A DNA stretch of 64,000 bases from Candidatus Omnitrophota bacterium (GTDB taxonomy: Bacteria; Omnitrophota; Gorgyraeia; 2-01-FULL-45-10), in contig JAPLME010000012.1 in the NCBI GenBank assembly GCA_026387175.1, positions 69,849 through 133,848 on the forward strand, written 5' to 3'. The position numbers and the translations under genes were made by a program. The notes beneath the pieces were generated by a model that saw only the letters and a list, made by a program, of their open reading frames with translations, was not told the origin of the DNA and did not search any database. Shown here one piece after another: positions 1 through 8,562 of this stretch. Each line of letters opens with the position of its first letter. Positions within the stretch are counted from its first letter, which is position 1.

Positions 1-287
1 TTTTAAATAATACGAAGATCTCCGACGCCCTGTCCGGTAATAAGGTAAGAGTCGGCATGACTAAAAAGGAGCTTGTCGCCCAGATCGGGTATCCGCCCGA
101 CGGTGCGATCGGGCAGGGCCCGCTCTTCTCCAACTTTGTCCAGTCCAGAGCAACGGCCGCGGGCAAGGAGGAGTCCTGGACCTATCAGATCAGTAAGACG
201 GTTGACGGCGTGAAAAGCGTTACCTTCAAGATCGTCGATGGAAAGGTCGCCGCGTGGAACGAGTGGCTGGACACAGGCAGAAAATAA
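1..287 (+). CDS. 5'-truncated SmpA/BamE-like outer-membrane lipoprotein-type protein
   Basis: Frame is open from base 3 (LNNTKISDALSGNKVRVGMTKKELVAQIGYP...EESWTY). The VGMT..E....G.P...W.Y pattern is typical of the SmpA/BamE fold. Confidence 0.5.
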   Translation, partial: LNNTKISDALSGNKVRVGMTKKELVAQIGYPPDGAIGQGPLFSNFVQSRATAAGKEESWTYQISKTVDGVKSVTFKIVDGKVAAWNEWLDTGRK

Positions 288-316
288 GTTTTTAACTTTA
301 GGGATGGTTCATAAAG

Positions 317-1690
317 ATGACTAAATTAAATTGTTGGGAATACAAAAAGTGCGGGAGGGAAAAAGGCGGCTCCAAAGCCGCTAAGTTAGGTATATGTCCT
401 TCTTATCCCGATCATGGTCGAGATTGCTGGTTTGTTGCCGGGACACTTTGTGGGGGTAAGATTCAGGGGACTTCTGCTGAAAAGTTCGGCAATTGCCAAA
501 AGTGTGATTTCTTTAAGAAAGCTACGAAAAATCAAGAAGGGCTGATTAACGCACTTAGTGAAAAATATGCTTTGAGTAACAATATTTTACTCAATACCAA
601 TGATTCTGTGATCGAAGTAGATAAGAATCAAGCCATTACTTTTATCAATAAAACCTGCCTTAAAAAGACCGGATATAAGCAGGAAGAGGTCTTGGGGAGA
701 ATTAAAGCTAATGAGTTATGGCAAGGCCGCGGCAGGAAGGGCCATATTCCTGAAAAATGTTTAAAAGGAAGCCGAGTGATTAAACCTATAAAGCGCCTAC
801 TTGAAAATAGACAAGGAGATAAAAAGTGGTTTCTTGTCAGCGCCGGACCATTAATAAATGTTTTGGGGACGGTAAAAGGCGCGTTTGTCGTATATACCGA
901 TATTGATCTTATGGTAAAACAAAACGAAGAAATCAAAAGAAAAAATAAAGAATTAAAGAAACTTGATCAACTAAAATCACAATTTGTTGCTAATGTTTCA
1001 CATGAATTCAAAACCCCCCTTGCCATTATTAAGGGGTCTTTAACCATTATTCTTGATGGGCTGGTAGGCCGAATAACACCCGAACAAGAAAGCATGCTTA
1101 AGGCGGGAAAAAATAATATAGAGCGCCTCATTCGATTAGTTATGAATATCCTGGATGTTTCCAAAATAGAATCAGGAAAGATGAAGATGAAGGTGGTTCC
1201 GGTAAATATCTCTACGTTAGTGGAAGAAGTATTGGAAGACTATAAAGACGAACTGCTTAAAAGGCACCTGGTTCTTAAATATGAAGGTCGCCTTTCCGGG
1301 GAACAGGTTACTCGACAACTTTTAGCCGATAGAGACATGATGATTCAGGTTATTACAAATTTATTAACTAACGCGATTAAATATACCCCTGATAATGGGA
1401 TTATCAGCGTTAAAATCAAAGGGGATAAAGAGAAAGTTCGATTAGAGATTGCTGATACCGGTCCAGGTATTCCGAAGAAGTATGTCAATAAGATATTTGA
1501 TAAATTTGAACGTATTACCGCTGAAAAAGAAGAGGGTACAGGATTGGGCCTTCCAATAGCAAAAGATATTGTCAATCTTCACAAAGGAAAGATTTGGGTA
1601 GAAAGCGATATTGGGAAGGGTAGTCGTTTTATCGTTATTTTGCCGCTCGCTTCAACAAGAAGCCGAATGAGCTTAATAAAAAAAACATGA
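317..1690 (+). CDS. PAS sensor histidine kinase with N-terminal Cys-rich two-CW-type domain
   Basis: N-terminal NCWEYKKC...CP...CWFVAGTLCGG...C..CDFF, then a PAS region, H-box SHEFKTPL, N-box NLLTNAIKY, G1 DTGPGI and G2 GTGLGL. Confidence 0.9.
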   Translation: MTKLNCWEYKKCGREKGGSKAAKLGICPSYPDHGRDCWFVAGTLCGGKIQGTSAEKFGNCQKCDFFKKATKNQEGLINALSEKYALSNNILLNTNDSVIEVDKNQAITFINKTCLKKTGYKQEEVLGRIKANELWQGRGRKGHIPEKCLKGSRVIKPIKRLLENRQGDKKWFLVSAGPLINVLGTVKGAFVVYTDIDLMVKQNEEIKRKNKELKKLDQLKSQFVANVSHEFKTPLAIIKGSLTIILDGLVGRITPEQESMLKAGKNNIERLIRLVMNILDVSKIESGKMKMKVVPVNISTLVEEVLEDYKDELLKRHLVLKYEGRLSGEQVTRQLLADRDMMIQVITNLLTNAIKYTPDNGIISVKIKGDKEKVRLEIADTGPGIPKKYVNKIFDKFERITAEKEEGTGLGLPIAKDIVNLHKGKIWVESDIGKGSRFIVILPLASTRSRMSLIKKT

Positions 1691-1753
1691 TAAGAGGACA
1701 GTTAATCAAGGGACAGATATGGTATAATTTATCTTATGGAAATGAGGTGAAAA

Positions 1754-2977
1754 ATGATCCCCCAGCAAAATAATCAACTGAAGCTTTTAAAGCTGCGAAA
1801 ACGCCTTAATCAGTTGTCTCTGGAAGACTCTCACACCGGACTTTATAATCATCGCTATCTTATGTACAGGATAGATGCCGAGTTCGCCCGCGCAAAAAGA
1901 TTTAATCTGAAACTCTCTGTAATGATGATGGACCTGGACTATTTTAAATCGATAAACGATACGTATGGCCATCGCTTTGGGGATGTGATCCTGTGCCAAT
2001 TCGCTTTGCAGCTTAAGAAGATCCTCCGTAAGGGAGACGTTATTGCGAGATTCGGCGGGGATGAATTCGTCGTTATACTTATAGATACTGATAATGTCAC
2101 CGCAGAGTCTGTCGGTCAAAAGATAATTGAGCGAATTAACGAATATGCTTTCGGCAATAAAAAATATTCAATAAATCTTAGGGTGAGCATAGGCATCTCG
2201 TCGTATCCTATGCACAACGTCCAAAAAGCCATCGATTTGATCGATATAGCCGACAAACATCTTAATATAGCTAAAGAGCTCGGAGGGGGCAGGTTAGTAC
2301 TGTCTCCGGACACCAAACAAGAGATATCTAAATACAACCAGGAAGGTATCCAGGTCTCTCTTGTAAAAAAGAGGATAGCTAATCTGGCAAAAAGGGCAAA
2401 CCGAAGTTTTGTTGAGGCGATATATGCCTTGGCAAAGGCGTTGGAGTTTAAAGATCGCTACAGCGTAAAGAATGTGGAAAAGAGTTTATATTATGCCCAA
2501 GAGATCGCTAAGAGATCTGGTTTTGTATCGCGAGACATCGATCTTATAAGGCACGCCGCCATGCTGCACGATCTGGGAAAGATTGGCATAAAAGAAAAGG
2601 TCTTGTTTAAAAAAAGGCGGCTGTCGAAGTCGGAATTTGAAAAGGCCAAGATGCACCCACAAATCGCCGTTGATATTATCAGGCCTATCCATTTCTTAAA
2701 AGATGTTATACCATGGATCCTGCACCATCATGAAAGATGGGATGGTAAGGGTTACCCGGACGGCCTGAAAGGAGAAGATATACCGCTGGGCTCTCGCATC
2801 ATTGCGATAACGGACGTTTATCAAGCATTGAGTTCCGATAGGGTATATAGGAAGGCATACGGTAAAAAGAAGGCTATAAATATAATAAAAGAGTGGGCAG
2901 GCACTAAATTCGATCCTCGCCTTGTTGATATATTTCTCGATATTCTCCAGTTAGAGAAGAAAAATAAAAGGGCATAA
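1754..2977 (+). CDS. GGDEF diguanylate cyclase / HD-GYP phosphodiesterase fusion
   Basis: DLDYFKSINDTYGH, I-site RKGD, RFGGDEF; HDLGKIG and HHERWDGKGYP. Confidence 0.93.
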   Translation: MIPQQNNQLKLLKLRKRLNQLSLEDSHTGLYNHRYLMYRIDAEFARAKRFNLKLSVMMMDLDYFKSINDTYGHRFGDVILCQFALQLKKILRKGDVIARFGGDEFVVILIDTDNVTAESVGQKIIERINEYAFGNKKYSINLRVSIGISSYPMHNVQKAIDLIDIADKHLNIAKELGGGRLVLSPDTKQEISKYNQEGIQVSLVKKRIANLAKRANRSFVEAIYALAKALEFKDRYSVKNVEKSLYYAQEIAKRSGFVSRDIDLIRHAAMLHDLGKIGIKEKVLFKKRRLSKSEFEKAKMHPQIAVDIIRPIHFLKDVIPWILHHHERWDGKGYPDGLKGEDIPLGSRIIAITDVYQALSSDRVYRKAYGKKKAINIIKEWAGTKFDPRLVDIFLDILQLEKKNKRA

Positions 2978-3192
2978 GCGAGGCCCAACAATGTCAAGCC
3001 GAGCACGATAAGAGTGAAGCTTGAAATTCTACGGTAAAGTAGTTAGTGAAACCTCACTTCGCGTTAATGGAGCAGGCATTAGCATATTATCTTTTAGGAT
3101 TGACCTATTTATGCCAAAGTGGTACGATTTATCATCGGTCGGGCCGTAAAGAGGGCTATGTGCCGGAGACGGTAAAAACAAGGAGGGCAGTA

Positions 3193-3537
3193 ATGAAAAA
3201 GATAGCAATTGTTTTGCTGGCGCTTGCATTCGTCAGCCCTGCGATTTTTGCGCAGACGGCGACCCCAGAGAAAAAATCTGTTGCGGAAAAGGCAAGCACG
3301 GTTGTAGGTAAAATAGTCGATGTTACGGTGGCAGATCCTGCGAAAGGCGTCACCGCAGGAGTCATAACCGTTGCAGACGAGACGGGGAAAACTACCACCT
3401 TTACGGTAAAAGCGACCGCAAAGATTCTCGCGCACACCTTGGATGTCATTACCTTAAATAAATTAAAGGTAGGAGATAAGGTTAAAATAGAAACATCTTC
3501 AGCAAACGATGCGCAGTCAATAAAAGTTGTAAGATAA
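3193..3537 (+). CDS. Small secreted beta-barrel (OB-fold/DUF5666-like) protein
   Basis: SD AGGAGG precedes ATG 3193, a better start than the track's 3046. Signal peptide MKKIAIVLLALAFVSPAIFA, then GKIVDV...ITV...LKVGDKV.I...AQSIKV. Confidence 0.65.
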   Translation: MKKIAIVLLALAFVSPAIFAQTATPEKKSVAEKASTVVGKIVDVTVADPAKGVTAGVITVADETGKTTTFTVKATAKILAHTLDVITLNKLKVGDKVKIETSSANDAQSIKVVR

Positions 3538-3554
3538 AGAAAATATATCACAAT

Positions 3555-3604
3555 CGTAGAGGACGTTCTTACCTACCTGTCGGTAGGTAAGAACGTCCCC
3601 TACG
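3555..3604. repeat. Long intergenic hairpin with GTAG...CTAC ends (REP/REPIN-like)
   Basis: CGTAGAGGACGTTCTTACCTACC-TGTC-GGTAGGTAAGAACGTCCCCTACG is a near-perfect inverted repeat with no U-tract. Confidence 0.6.
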
Positions 3605-3678
3605 TTGTAGATAAACCTGATGGCTAATCTGTTACGTTGACCAAAGTTAAATATCAAAAAGTAATATTTCAAAATCAT

Positions 3679-3710
3679 AAAAAGACCTCTAAAGTTGAGA
3701 GGTCTTTTTT
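3679..3710. terminator. Rho-independent terminator (potentially bidirectional)
   Basis: AAAAAGACCTCT-AAAGTTG-AGAGGTCTTTTTT. Confidence 0.7.
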
Positions 3711-3758
3711 GTTCCCAAAATTTATGGTATAATCAAAAAAATTGCTTCACAATGACAT

Positions 3759-4727
3759 TTGAATACCCATATGAAACCCATGAAAAATCAACGTTCCAAA
3801 AAACCCACGATGTCGTTCCCTAGGTATGGAAAATATACGCCGCTCCTCTCAGAGCTGTTTACAAGATTGGGTGCGAACGTCATAATACCTCCTCCCATAA
3901 CAAAACGCACTACGGAGCTGGGAACGCTCTATTCTCCTTCGGAAGTATGCTATCCATTCAAAATCACGCTTGGCACACTGATAGAGGCGTCGGAGCTGGG
4001 CGCCGAGTCTGTCGTCATGGCCAATTCGGAAGGCTGGTGCATTTTACGCTGCTATAACATCGTACAGGCTGAGATCATGAAGGCACATGGCTATAAAGCC
4101 GCGATGGCTCCCATATGTATACGTAAACCTATTAAATTCGTGCGCGACGCTAAACGGCTCATCCCGGGATTATCTGTTTTTAAACTCACAAAGGAGATGT
4201 ATAGGTTTTTTAAAAAAGTGAAAGAGCTCGATAAGATCGAGGGCTCGATTAACAAGAATGCGGATATAAAGATAGGGATAGCGGGCGAGGTGTATGTCTG
4301 CAATGAAAATACGGTCAATATGGATATAGTAAAAAAACTTCAGGCATTAGGCGTCTTTGTGGACAGATGGTTATGTCTTTCCAATAATGTCTCGATGCTT
4401 TTTCAGGACATGTTCGGCGTCAGTAATATTTCTAAATATTCCAGGTTGGCAAAGAAATATTTTCCGGTCCGGATAGGAGGGCATGCCAATGAGAATCTGG
4501 TCAAGCTGATAAAATATGCCGAGGAGGGTTACGACGGCGCGATAATGCTTAAACCGTTCGCGTGTAATCCCGAAACAGTCATCGAGCCGATAGTGGACCG
4601 CATAAGCCGCGATTACGATATGCCGATACTATGCCTTAGCATCGATGAGTCCACCCTGGAGACGCATTTTCAGACCAGAGTCGAATCATTCGTTGACATG
4701 CTTAAGATGAGAAAGGCTTTAATATGA
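3759..4727 (+). CDS. 2-hydroxyacyl-CoA dehydratase-associated protein (DUF2229/HgdD-like partner of activase)
   Basis: SPSEVCYPFKITLG, KIGIAGEVY, IMLKPFACNPE and SIDE...TRVESFVDML. Overlaps the activase start by 4 bp. The true start may be a later Met (3771-3810). Confidence 0.75.
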   Translation: MNTHMKPMKNQRSKKPTMSFPRYGKYTPLLSELFTRLGANVIIPPPITKRTTELGTLYSPSEVCYPFKITLGTLIEASELGAESVVMANSEGWCILRCYNIVQAEIMKAHGYKAAMAPICIRKPIKFVRDAKRLIPGLSVFKLTKEMYRFFKKVKELDKIEGSINKNADIKIGIAGEVYVCNENTVNMDIVKKLQALGVFVDRWLCLSNNVSMLFQDMFGVSNISKYSRLAKKYFPVRIGGHANENLVKLIKYAEEGYDGAIMLKPFACNPETVIEPIVDRISRDYDMPILCLSIDESTLETHFQTRVESFVDMLKMRKALI

Positions 4728-5683
4728 AATTCTTCCTCGGAGTGGATATAGGGTCTGTCTCCGTCAAGATGGCTGTATTGAATGAAGAGAAGGCCCTGAT
4801 GGGAAGCGTATATGTGGAAACTGCCGGCGCGCCCCTTGAAGCTCTGTGCAAAGCGGCGGCAGAGATAAAAAATACTGTTGAAAAACATTCGGCGCAAATA
4901 TGCGGCATAGGTATCACCGGAAGCAGCAGAAAGCTGGCAGCGCTTGTTCTGGGGGCGGACGTAATAAAAAATGAGGTTACTGCGCAAACCGTGGCCGCTT
5001 TACATTACGATCCGCGCATAGCTACCGTAATAGAAATCGGCGGGCAAGATTCAAAGGTTATACTCCTTAAGGACGGCATACCTACCTGGCATAACCTTAA
5101 TACGTTATGCGCGGCGGGCACCGGATCGTTCCTTGCCTCGCAGGCAATACGGCTTGGCATCCCGATAGAGGAATTTGGAAACTACGCCCTTCGATCGACA
5201 GTCAGGGTAAACATCGCTTCGAAGTGCACAGTATTCTCGGAAAGCGATATGATACATAAGGCGGCGCTTGGCTGTCGAAAGGAAGATATAATAAACGGCC
5301 TTTGCGAAGGCCTGGCGCGAAATTTTATAAATAATGTGGCGCGCAACAGAGAAATGCCCGATCCCGTTATTTTCGTCGGAGGCGTAGCGTCGAATATAGG
5401 TGTAGTTCGCGCATTTGAGGCGGCGCTCAAGACCAGGATAACCGTACCTGAAGAACACCGGATCACCGGATGCGTAGCTATGGCGCTTCTGGCTCTAAGG
5501 AGCGGCATAAAAGAATCGGCGTTTAAAGGCTTTGGCCTGCTCGACAAAGAAGTAAGGGCCGGCTTCTTTTTATGCGAAGACTGCCCAAACCAGTGTGAGA
5601 TAACCAGGGTTAATGTTGAAGAGAAAAGCGTCGGCTGTTTTGGCTCCAGATGCGGGAAACATAACAGCGCGCTTTCAGCATAA
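4724..5683 (+). CDS. Acyl-CoA dehydratase activase (HgdC/BadF/BcrA-type ATPase)
   Basis: GVDIGSVSVK, IEIGGQDSK, CAAGTGSFL, KCTVFSESD, GGVASN and C-terminal C..C.N.C...GSRC. Confidence 0.9.
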   Translation: MKFFLGVDIGSVSVKMAVLNEEKALMGSVYVETAGAPLEALCKAAAEIKNTVEKHSAQICGIGITGSSRKLAALVLGADVIKNEVTAQTVAALHYDPRIATVIEIGGQDSKVILLKDGIPTWHNLNTLCAAGTGSFLASQAIRLGIPIEEFGNYALRSTVRVNIASKCTVFSESDMIHKAALGCRKEDIINGLCEGLARNFINNVARNREMPDPVIFVGGVASNIGVVRAFEAALKTRITVPEEHRITGCVAMALLALRSGIKESAFKGFGLLDKEVRAGFFLCEDCPNQCEITRVNVEEKSVGCFGSRCGKHNSALSA

Positions 5684-5724
5684 ACTGGTTTATGGTATAA
5701 TTATAAAAATTACCGAGGTGAGAA

Positions 5725-6066
5725 ATGCTCAGAGGCTGTATAGTTATTTTAATCCTGACGTTCGGAATATTGATATTTTCTCCCTCCTGCCCTAAAGATA
5801 GTCTTGCCCAACAAAACATACGCGCCGTGGAAGGCAAGATATACGCGATAGATACATTCAAATCCACCGTTACCGTGAAGTCACTCATGCTCGCTCCGGT
5901 TATCAAATATAGCGATGTCACTCTCTTCGTCGGGCCCAATACGAAAATAAAGCGTTTAGGCAGTGACATAAGCATTTTCGATCTTACTATGGGTTGCCCT
6001 GTAAATGTCCAATATGCCGATAAAGTTGGCACCCCGGAAGCATTATCGATCACGGTTACTAAATGA
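5725..6066 (+). CDS. Small secreted OB-fold-like protein (similar to 3193 and 21213 ORFs)
   Basis: Hydrophobic N-terminus; GKIYAID...TVTV...NTKI...IFDLTMG.PV.VQY...ALSITV. Confidence 0.6.
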   Translation: MLRGCIVILILTFGILIFSPSCPKDSLAQQNIRAVEGKIYAIDTFKSTVTVKSLMLAPVIKYSDVTLFVGPNTKIKRLGSDISIFDLTMGCPVNVQYADKVGTPEALSITVTK

Positions 6067-6083
6067 TGATAAGGAGATACCAG

Positions 6084-6959
6084 ATGAATAGAAGCGTGTT
6101 TATTGCCGGGGCGGTTCTTTTTGCCGGCTTAATTTTTGCCGGCTTATCCTGTGCCGCGGACGCCCCGAAACTGACCGCAGGTCATGTTGAGCGGGTGGTA
6201 GCGGATGCCGTTAAGCTCCTCCAGGAGAAAGGGGAAAGCGCTTTTCCTGAATTCAAGAAAGAAGTGGAGAGGTGGGAAGTAGGCGATACATATATATTCG
6301 TTCTCGACACAGACGGAAATATGGTCATTCATCCGGACCCCGCGCTTGAAGGAAAGAATCAGATAAATCTTAAAGATATGGTCGGCAGGCCGATAACAAA
6401 GATGTTTATAGAAACGACTTCCGATAAAGACGGCGTGGGCTGGGTGCATTATATGTGGCCGAGGCCCAACGGGATATTCCCCACATGGAAGAGCACTTTC
6501 GTCAGAAGGGTGACCGCGCCGTCCGGGAAGACGTATATTGTCGGCTGCGGCATATATAACATGAAAATGGAAGAGGAATTTATCGTGGACGAAGTGAACG
6601 ATGCGGCGGCGCTTATCGAGCAAAAAGGAGGGGCTGCGTTCGACGTATTGCGCGATAAGACAGGGCCGTTCGTTTTCTTCGATACATACATATTTGTGGA
6701 TGCGCCGGACGGCACAGAGCTGGTGAACGGCGGCTTTCCCGGTATCGAGGGGAAGAATATCATGGATTTTAAAGACGTTAACGGCAAATACCTGGTGCGC
6801 GATTATATAAACCTGGCGCTTAAAGACGGTGAGGGATGGATAAAATATTTCTGGCCAAAACCGGGAAGCGACGTGCCTTCTGAAAAGCGCACCTATGTGA
6901 AAAAAGTAAAGTACGGCGATGAGACATTTATAGTAGGATGCGGCGCGTATCTGGAATAA
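6084..6959 (+). CDS. Stand-alone periplasmic protein with two single-Cache domains
   Basis: SD AAGGAG before ATG 6084 and a signal peptide. Two copies of DTYIFV.D..G...HP/NG...EGKN....KD..G......GEGW..Y.WP.P......K.T.V..V......IVGCG.Y. Confidence 0.85.
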   Translation: MNRSVFIAGAVLFAGLIFAGLSCAADAPKLTAGHVERVVADAVKLLQEKGESAFPEFKKEVERWEVGDTYIFVLDTDGNMVIHPDPALEGKNQINLKDMVGRPITKMFIETTSDKDGVGWVHYMWPRPNGIFPTWKSTFVRRVTAPSGKTYIVGCGIYNMKMEEEFIVDEVNDAAALIEQKGGAAFDVLRDKTGPFVFFDTYIFVDAPDGTELVNGGFPGIEGKNIMDFKDVNGKYLVRDYINLALKDGEGWIKYFWPKPGSDVPSEKRTYVKKVKYGDETFIVGCGAYLE

Positions 6960-6966
6960 ATGGAAG

Positions 6967-7368
6967 ATGATAAAAAAACTCATAAGGACGATCGCTGTTA
7001 TAGAATTGTCAATAGGCGCCTTCACCATATGCGGTATCACGATATACGGGTTACTTGCGATATCGAGAAAGCCGCTTAATGTATTTATATTCGTTTTCCT
7101 GGCAGGCGTGGCATCCAGCGTTATCGGGATGGGGCTTTTCAATTATAAACACTGGGCGAGAAATTTATTAATCTTCTTCTCCGGATATATCATTCTTATC
7201 AAGATAATGATTTTCGCAGATCTACTACACTTAAATGGGGAGATAATGACATTTCCTCCGGCCAGTTTAAAAAATTACATCTCGATAGCATACCATGGTT
7301 TCATAGTGCTGTTTCTCACCAGACAGACCGTCAAAGAGTGCTTTATTAAAAATGAGCTCCGCAATTAA
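6967..7368 (+). CDS. Hypothetical membrane protein (about 4 TM)
   Basis: Four hydrophobic segments; lies in an operon-like run. Confidence 0.6.
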   Translation: MIKKLIRTIAVIELSIGAFTICGITIYGLLAISRKPLNVFIFVFLAGVASSVIGMGLFNYKHWARNLLIFFSGYIILIKIMIFADLLHLNGEIMTFPPASLKNYISIAYHGFIVLFLTRQTVKECFIKNELRN

Positions 7369-8086
7369 TAAATTTGCTTTAGAACGCGCTTTGTCGAAAA
7401 TGGGCGTGGCTTCTCGCAGTCAGACCCGGGAATGGATCCTGGAGGGGCGGCTAAAAGTTAATGGAAAGACGGTTAAAGACCCTCTTCGCATTGTTCTTCC
7501 CGGGAAAGATAAAATTACTTTGGACGGAAAGGAAGCGCGGAAAAAGACCCGGGAGACGATCCTGCTGTATAAGCCGAGATCCGTTGTGACGACTCGGTCT
7601 GATGAGCATGGCCGCCGCACGATTTTTAATCTGCTACCCGAAGAGCTGCAATCTCTTCATCCGGTGGGCCGTCTGGATATGGCTACTACCGGGCTGCTAC
7701 TGTTGACCAATGATACGAAGCTTTCAGCTTATTTGGCCGACCCCGCCAATGCTATTGTGCGCGTCTATGCGGTATCCGTTAAGGGTAAGGTCACGGACGC
7801 GGAAGTCCGTAAACTTATCGAGGGTGTTTGGGACCGCGGCGAATTTTTAAAACCGTTAAAGCTAACCCTGCGTAAATCCAGCAATAGAGAGTCCCATCTG
7901 ATCATGGAATTAACTGAAGGGAAAAACAGAGAGATCCGAAGGATATTTGAATCTATCGGCCATGAGGTGACGAGTCTTAAGCGCATTGCCTTCGGTGCCC
8001 TGAAGCTTGGAGACATGCAGCCGGGTGAGTTTCGCCACCTGACGCCGGAAGAGATCAGGGCATTCTTAATTTATATTGATTTATAA
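7352..8086 (+). CDS. Pseudouridine synthase, RsuA/RluB family
   Basis: S4 domain, YKP..VVTT, catalytic VGRLD, TGLLLLTND, EGKNREIRR. Confidence 0.93.
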   Translation: MSSAINKFALERALSKMGVASRSQTREWILEGRLKVNGKTVKDPLRIVLPGKDKITLDGKEARKKTRETILLYKPRSVVTTRSDEHGRRTIFNLLPEELQSLHPVGRLDMATTGLLLLTNDTKLSAYLADPANAIVRVYAVSVKGKVTDAEVRKLIEGVWDRGEFLKPLKLTLRKSSNRESHLIMELTEGKNREIRRIFESIGHEVTSLKRIAFGALKLGDMQPGEFRHLTPEEIRAFLIYIDL

Positions 8087-8110
8087 TGAGCACAATGTTA
8101 TAACTAATGA

Positions 8111-8268
8111 AGTTTTAGCATCCCGGAACACGGCGTAAATCCGTGGCGGACCCACCGCTGTAATCGGTACGATGCGCATAGCAATAATAGCTAGCCACTT
8201 TTAACTAATGTTAGAGGGAAGGCATGCGCATCTGGAAAGAACCGTAAGCCAGAAGACCTGCTAAAGCT
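8111..8268 (+). promoter_or_regulatory. Cobalamin (B12) riboswitch
   Basis: P1 AGTTTTAGCA/TGCTAAAGCT; GGAA-CACGG-CGTAAAT-CCGTG; CCCACCGCTGTAA; GCCACT; GGGAAGGC; B12 box AAGCCAGAAGACCTGC. Confidence 0.88.
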
Positions 8269-8290
8269 GTAGAAAACCGAATCCAACGGC

Positions 8291-8340
8291 AAAGGATTTT
8301 GGCGAAGCGTATAGACGCTTTGTCAGAGTCCTTTTTTATT
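8291..8340 (+). terminator. Intrinsic terminator, probable riboswitch expression platform
   Basis: AAAGGATTTTGGCGAAGCGT-ATAG-ACGCTTTGTCAGAGTCCTTT followed by a T-tract. Confidence 0.8.
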
Positions 8341-8358
8341 TTTATATTCAATAAACCA

Positions 8359-8420
8359 AAAAGGCCGATGTCAGAGACATCGGCACTTAGCCTGTAATAC
8401 GGCTGAATAAACTTGGAGGA
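8359..8420 (+). repeat. 52-bp two-hairpin intergenic repeat, copy 1
   Basis: AAAAGGCCGATGTCAGAGACATCGGCACTTAGCCTGTAATACGGCTGAATAAACTTGGAGGA, near-identical to the units at 32615-32728. Confidence 0.9.
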
Positions 8421-8423
8421 CGT

Positions 8424-8558
8424 ATGAATAGGAACAGAAAAAGCAATAAGGGCGGGACGAAAAAAAATAGAAATGATATTATCGCGAGCCGGAAAACTTG
8501 CACGGCCGACGGGACAGGTTTGTCGCATTACGTTCTGATGGACAAGAAGACCAAATAA
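8424..8558 (+). CDS. cbpA: Modified peptide precursor CbpA (44 aa; below ORF-track cutoff)
   Basis: GGAGGA precedes the ATG. Translation MNRNRKSNKGGTKKNRNDIIASRKTCTADGTGLSHYVLMDKKTK carries the CbpA-type RKxCxAxGTGLSHY motif, 4 bp upstream of a radical SAM gene. Confidence 0.85.
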   Translation: MNRNRKSNKGGTKKNRNDIIASRKTCTADGTGLSHYVLMDKKTK

Positions 8559-8562
8559 GGTA

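Noticed and set aside
6144-7142. 332-aa minus-strand ORF
   Set aside because: Antisense to the well-supported Cache-domain and membrane-protein genes; no motifs.
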